NCBI RefSeq assembly: GCF_006345805.1
Contig: NW_021826553.1
Location: 1-11,977, forward strand
DNA length: 11,977 nt
Direction of reading: 5' to 3'
Source of the DNA: Octopus sinensis
Taxonomy: Eukaryota
The notes beneath the pieces are model-generated. The model made no database searches, had not been told where the DNA came from, and was given only the letters and a program-made list of their open reading frames with translations. Made by a program: the position numbers and the translations under genes. The number at the start of each line of letters is the position of its first letter. The stretch's first letter is position 1. This document shows positions 10,303 through 11,977 of this stretch, piece by piece.

Positions 10303-10340
10303 CCAGAGTTCTTTCGTCACACTCCTGTGACCATCAGTGG
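10303..10340 (-). ncRNA. Degenerate hammerhead-like motif (A9 missing)
   Basis: Minus strand reads CCA CTGATG GTCACA-GGAG-TGTGAC GAAAG AA CTC^ TGG, with a 6-bp stem II and 3-bp stem I. It lies in a non-microsatellite island next to TA tracts. Confidence 0.5.
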
Positions 10341-10480
10341 TCCTTTGTTTTCTCTTACTTATTTGTGTCTCTCTTACTAATCGTCAGCCATACAAACGCA
10401 TACACTCACACGATAGATATTATATGCATATATATATATATATATCTATATAATATATATAATATCATATATCTATCTAT

Positions 10481-10662
10481 GTGTGAGTGTATGCGTTTTG
10501 TCTCCCTATCGTTCACTTGACAACCAATGTCTCCGTACAGTTCAGCAGTTCAGTAAAAGAGTCTGATATAAGTACTAGGCTTACAAGAATAAGTTCGAAG
10601 TTGATTTCTCTCCACTAAAACTGGCTGCATTTAAATAACCGGAACAAATAAAAGAGTAAAGC
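10481..10662 (+). mobile_element. Diverged 3' part of a family D SINE
   Basis: CAGCAGTTCAGTAAAAGAG..ATAAGTACTAGGCTTA..GGAACAAATAAAAG is the approximate reverse complement of 11082-11240. Confidence 0.6.
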
Positions 10663-10908
10663 GATATATATACTACACACACACACACACCACACACACA
10701 CACACACTTGTTGCAATCAATTTGGGACGAAGACATTTAGATAGGAAAAAACCATTTCAATAACAATCAAGAATGAGATCAACAAAATGCAGAACTTCTT
10801 TGAAATGCTAATATTTAATAACATTATCCTCATTGTTATAAGCAGCATTGTTGAGTATTCCGTATGTGCATGTGCACGCATGCATATTGGTGTATTCCGT
10901 GGTCTTAA

Positions 10909-11049
10909 TTATTCCACTTGCCCTTCTTGTTTTCTTCTGACCGTAATCTCCAGCACAGCCTCCGCCAGTCTCTCATAGTCACTCATTTCGTTGTAAATAT
11001 GACCAGATATTCGTACATAAAGACATCCTTGAATAGCTTTGATGGGAAC
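10909..11049 (-). CDS. Last coding exon of a PLP-dependent class-V aminotransferase-fold enzyme (L-cysteine desulfhydrase / isopenicillin-N epimerase / hercynylcysteine sulfoxide lyase-like)
   Basis: Acceptor TTTGTTCTCCAG| in phase 0, then 47 codons VPIKAIQGCLYVRISGHIYNEMSDYERLAEAVLEITVRRKQEGQVE*. The segment VRISxHIYNxxxDYERLAEAV matches the class-V C-terminal signature. Confidence 0.85.
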   Translation of the reverse strand, partial: VPIKAIQGCLYVRISGHIYNEMSDYERLAEAVLEITVRRKQEGQVE

Positions 11050-11074
11050 CTGGAGAACAAAGCAGATGCATATA

Positions 11075-11885
11075 TCATTTAGCTTTTACTTGTTTCAGTT
11101 ATTAGACTGTGGCCATACTGGGGCACTGACAAACAGAATTTCACTCAAATAAATCGATCCCAGTGTAACTATATTTCCTAAGCCTGGTACTTACTCTGTT
11201 GGCCTCTTTTTGCAAAACTGCTTAAGTTGTGGAGACAAACATGAAGACCAGTTCACACACAAAGGCATACACACAGACATATATATATATCCAATAGGCT
11301 TCTTTGAGTTTCTGTCCACCGAACCTAATCACAAGACTTTAGTAGGCCCAAAGCTTTAGTCGACACAACTCTTTAGTTAGCCCAAGGCTTTAGTTGATCC
11401 TAGTTTTTAGTTGGCACAAGGCTTTAGCCAGTCCAAGGCTTTATAGTCAGTCCAAGGCTTTAGCTGGCTCAAGACTTTAGCTGACCCAAGGCTTTAGTTG
11501 ACCAAAGGCTTTAGTTGGTCCAAGGCTTTAGCTGGCCCAAGACTTTAGTTGGCCCAAGGCTTTAAGTGACCCAAGGCTTTAGCTGACCCAAGGCTTTAAT
11601 TGGCCCAAGGCTTTAGCTGACCCAAGGCTTTAAGTGACCCAAGGCGTTAATTGGCCTAAGGCTTTAATTGGCCCAAGGCTTTAGTTGGTCCAAGGCTTTA
11701 ATTGGCCCAAAGCTTTAGTTGGCCCAAGGATTTAATTGGCCCAAGGTTTTAGTCAGCCAAAGGCTATAGTTAACCTAAGGCTATATAGTACAAGACACTT
11801 GCTCAAGGTACCACAAAGTGGGGCTGAACCTGAAACACTGTGGTTGGAAAGCAAACTTCTTACCACATAGCTATTCATGTGCCTA
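11075..11885 (-). mobile_element. tRNA-derived SINE, family D, containing an internal minisatellite
   Basis: Minus-strand head TAGCTATGTGGTAAGAAG..GGTTCAGCCCC, CORE-like ACCTTGAGCAAGTGTCTT, and a 3' part ending GAAACAAGTAAAAG. Confidence 0.75.
11331..11787. repeat. 17-bp minisatellite, roughly 27 copies
   Basis: Consensus GGCTTTAGTTGGCCCAA, with variants GGCTTTAGCTGACCCAA and GGCTTTAATTGGCCCAA. Confidence 0.95.
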
Positions 11886-11890
11886 TATAT

Positions 11891-11977
11891 GGCGGCGAGC
11901 TGGCAGAAACGTTAGCACGCCAGGCAAAATGCTTAGTGGTATTTCGTCTGCCATTACGTTCTGAGTTCAAATCTCCC
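11891..11977 (+). mobile_element. 5' part of another family B SINE (runs off the window)
   Basis: Matches 3544-3630. Confidence 0.9.

Noticed and set aside
10787-10978. Plus-strand 63-aa ORF
   Set aside because: It is the antisense shadow of the real minus-strand exon.
11331-11787. CRISPR-like appearance of the 17-bp repeats (and of the 61-bp repeats at 9469-9745)
   Set aside because: Units are contiguous with no unique spacers, there are no cas genes, and the context is eukaryotic.

Overview
AT-rich, repeat-dense animal genomic DNA. The SINE sequences resemble octopus/cephalopod repeats as I remember them (inference, not searched). Most of the window is mobile-element debris embedded in (TA)n microsatellites: Penelope-like element (PLE) remnants, including a decayed RT and four hammerhead-ribozyme-like motifs all on the minus strand, an RTE-LINE fragment bounded by 38-bp inverted repeats, a decayed DD35D pogo-type transposon, several tRNA-derived SINE families, a tandem array of about 7 old SINE copies, and a 17-bp minisatellite grown inside a SINE. 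The only likely host coding sequence is a terminal exon (11049-10909, minus strand, absent from the ORF track) of a PLP-dependent class-V aminotransferase-fold enzyme. The best signal is an intact-looking type I hammerhead (1204-1294, minus) inside a 433-bp unit bounded by ~76-bp direct repeats. Most ORFs in the track are microsatellite or repeat artefacts.
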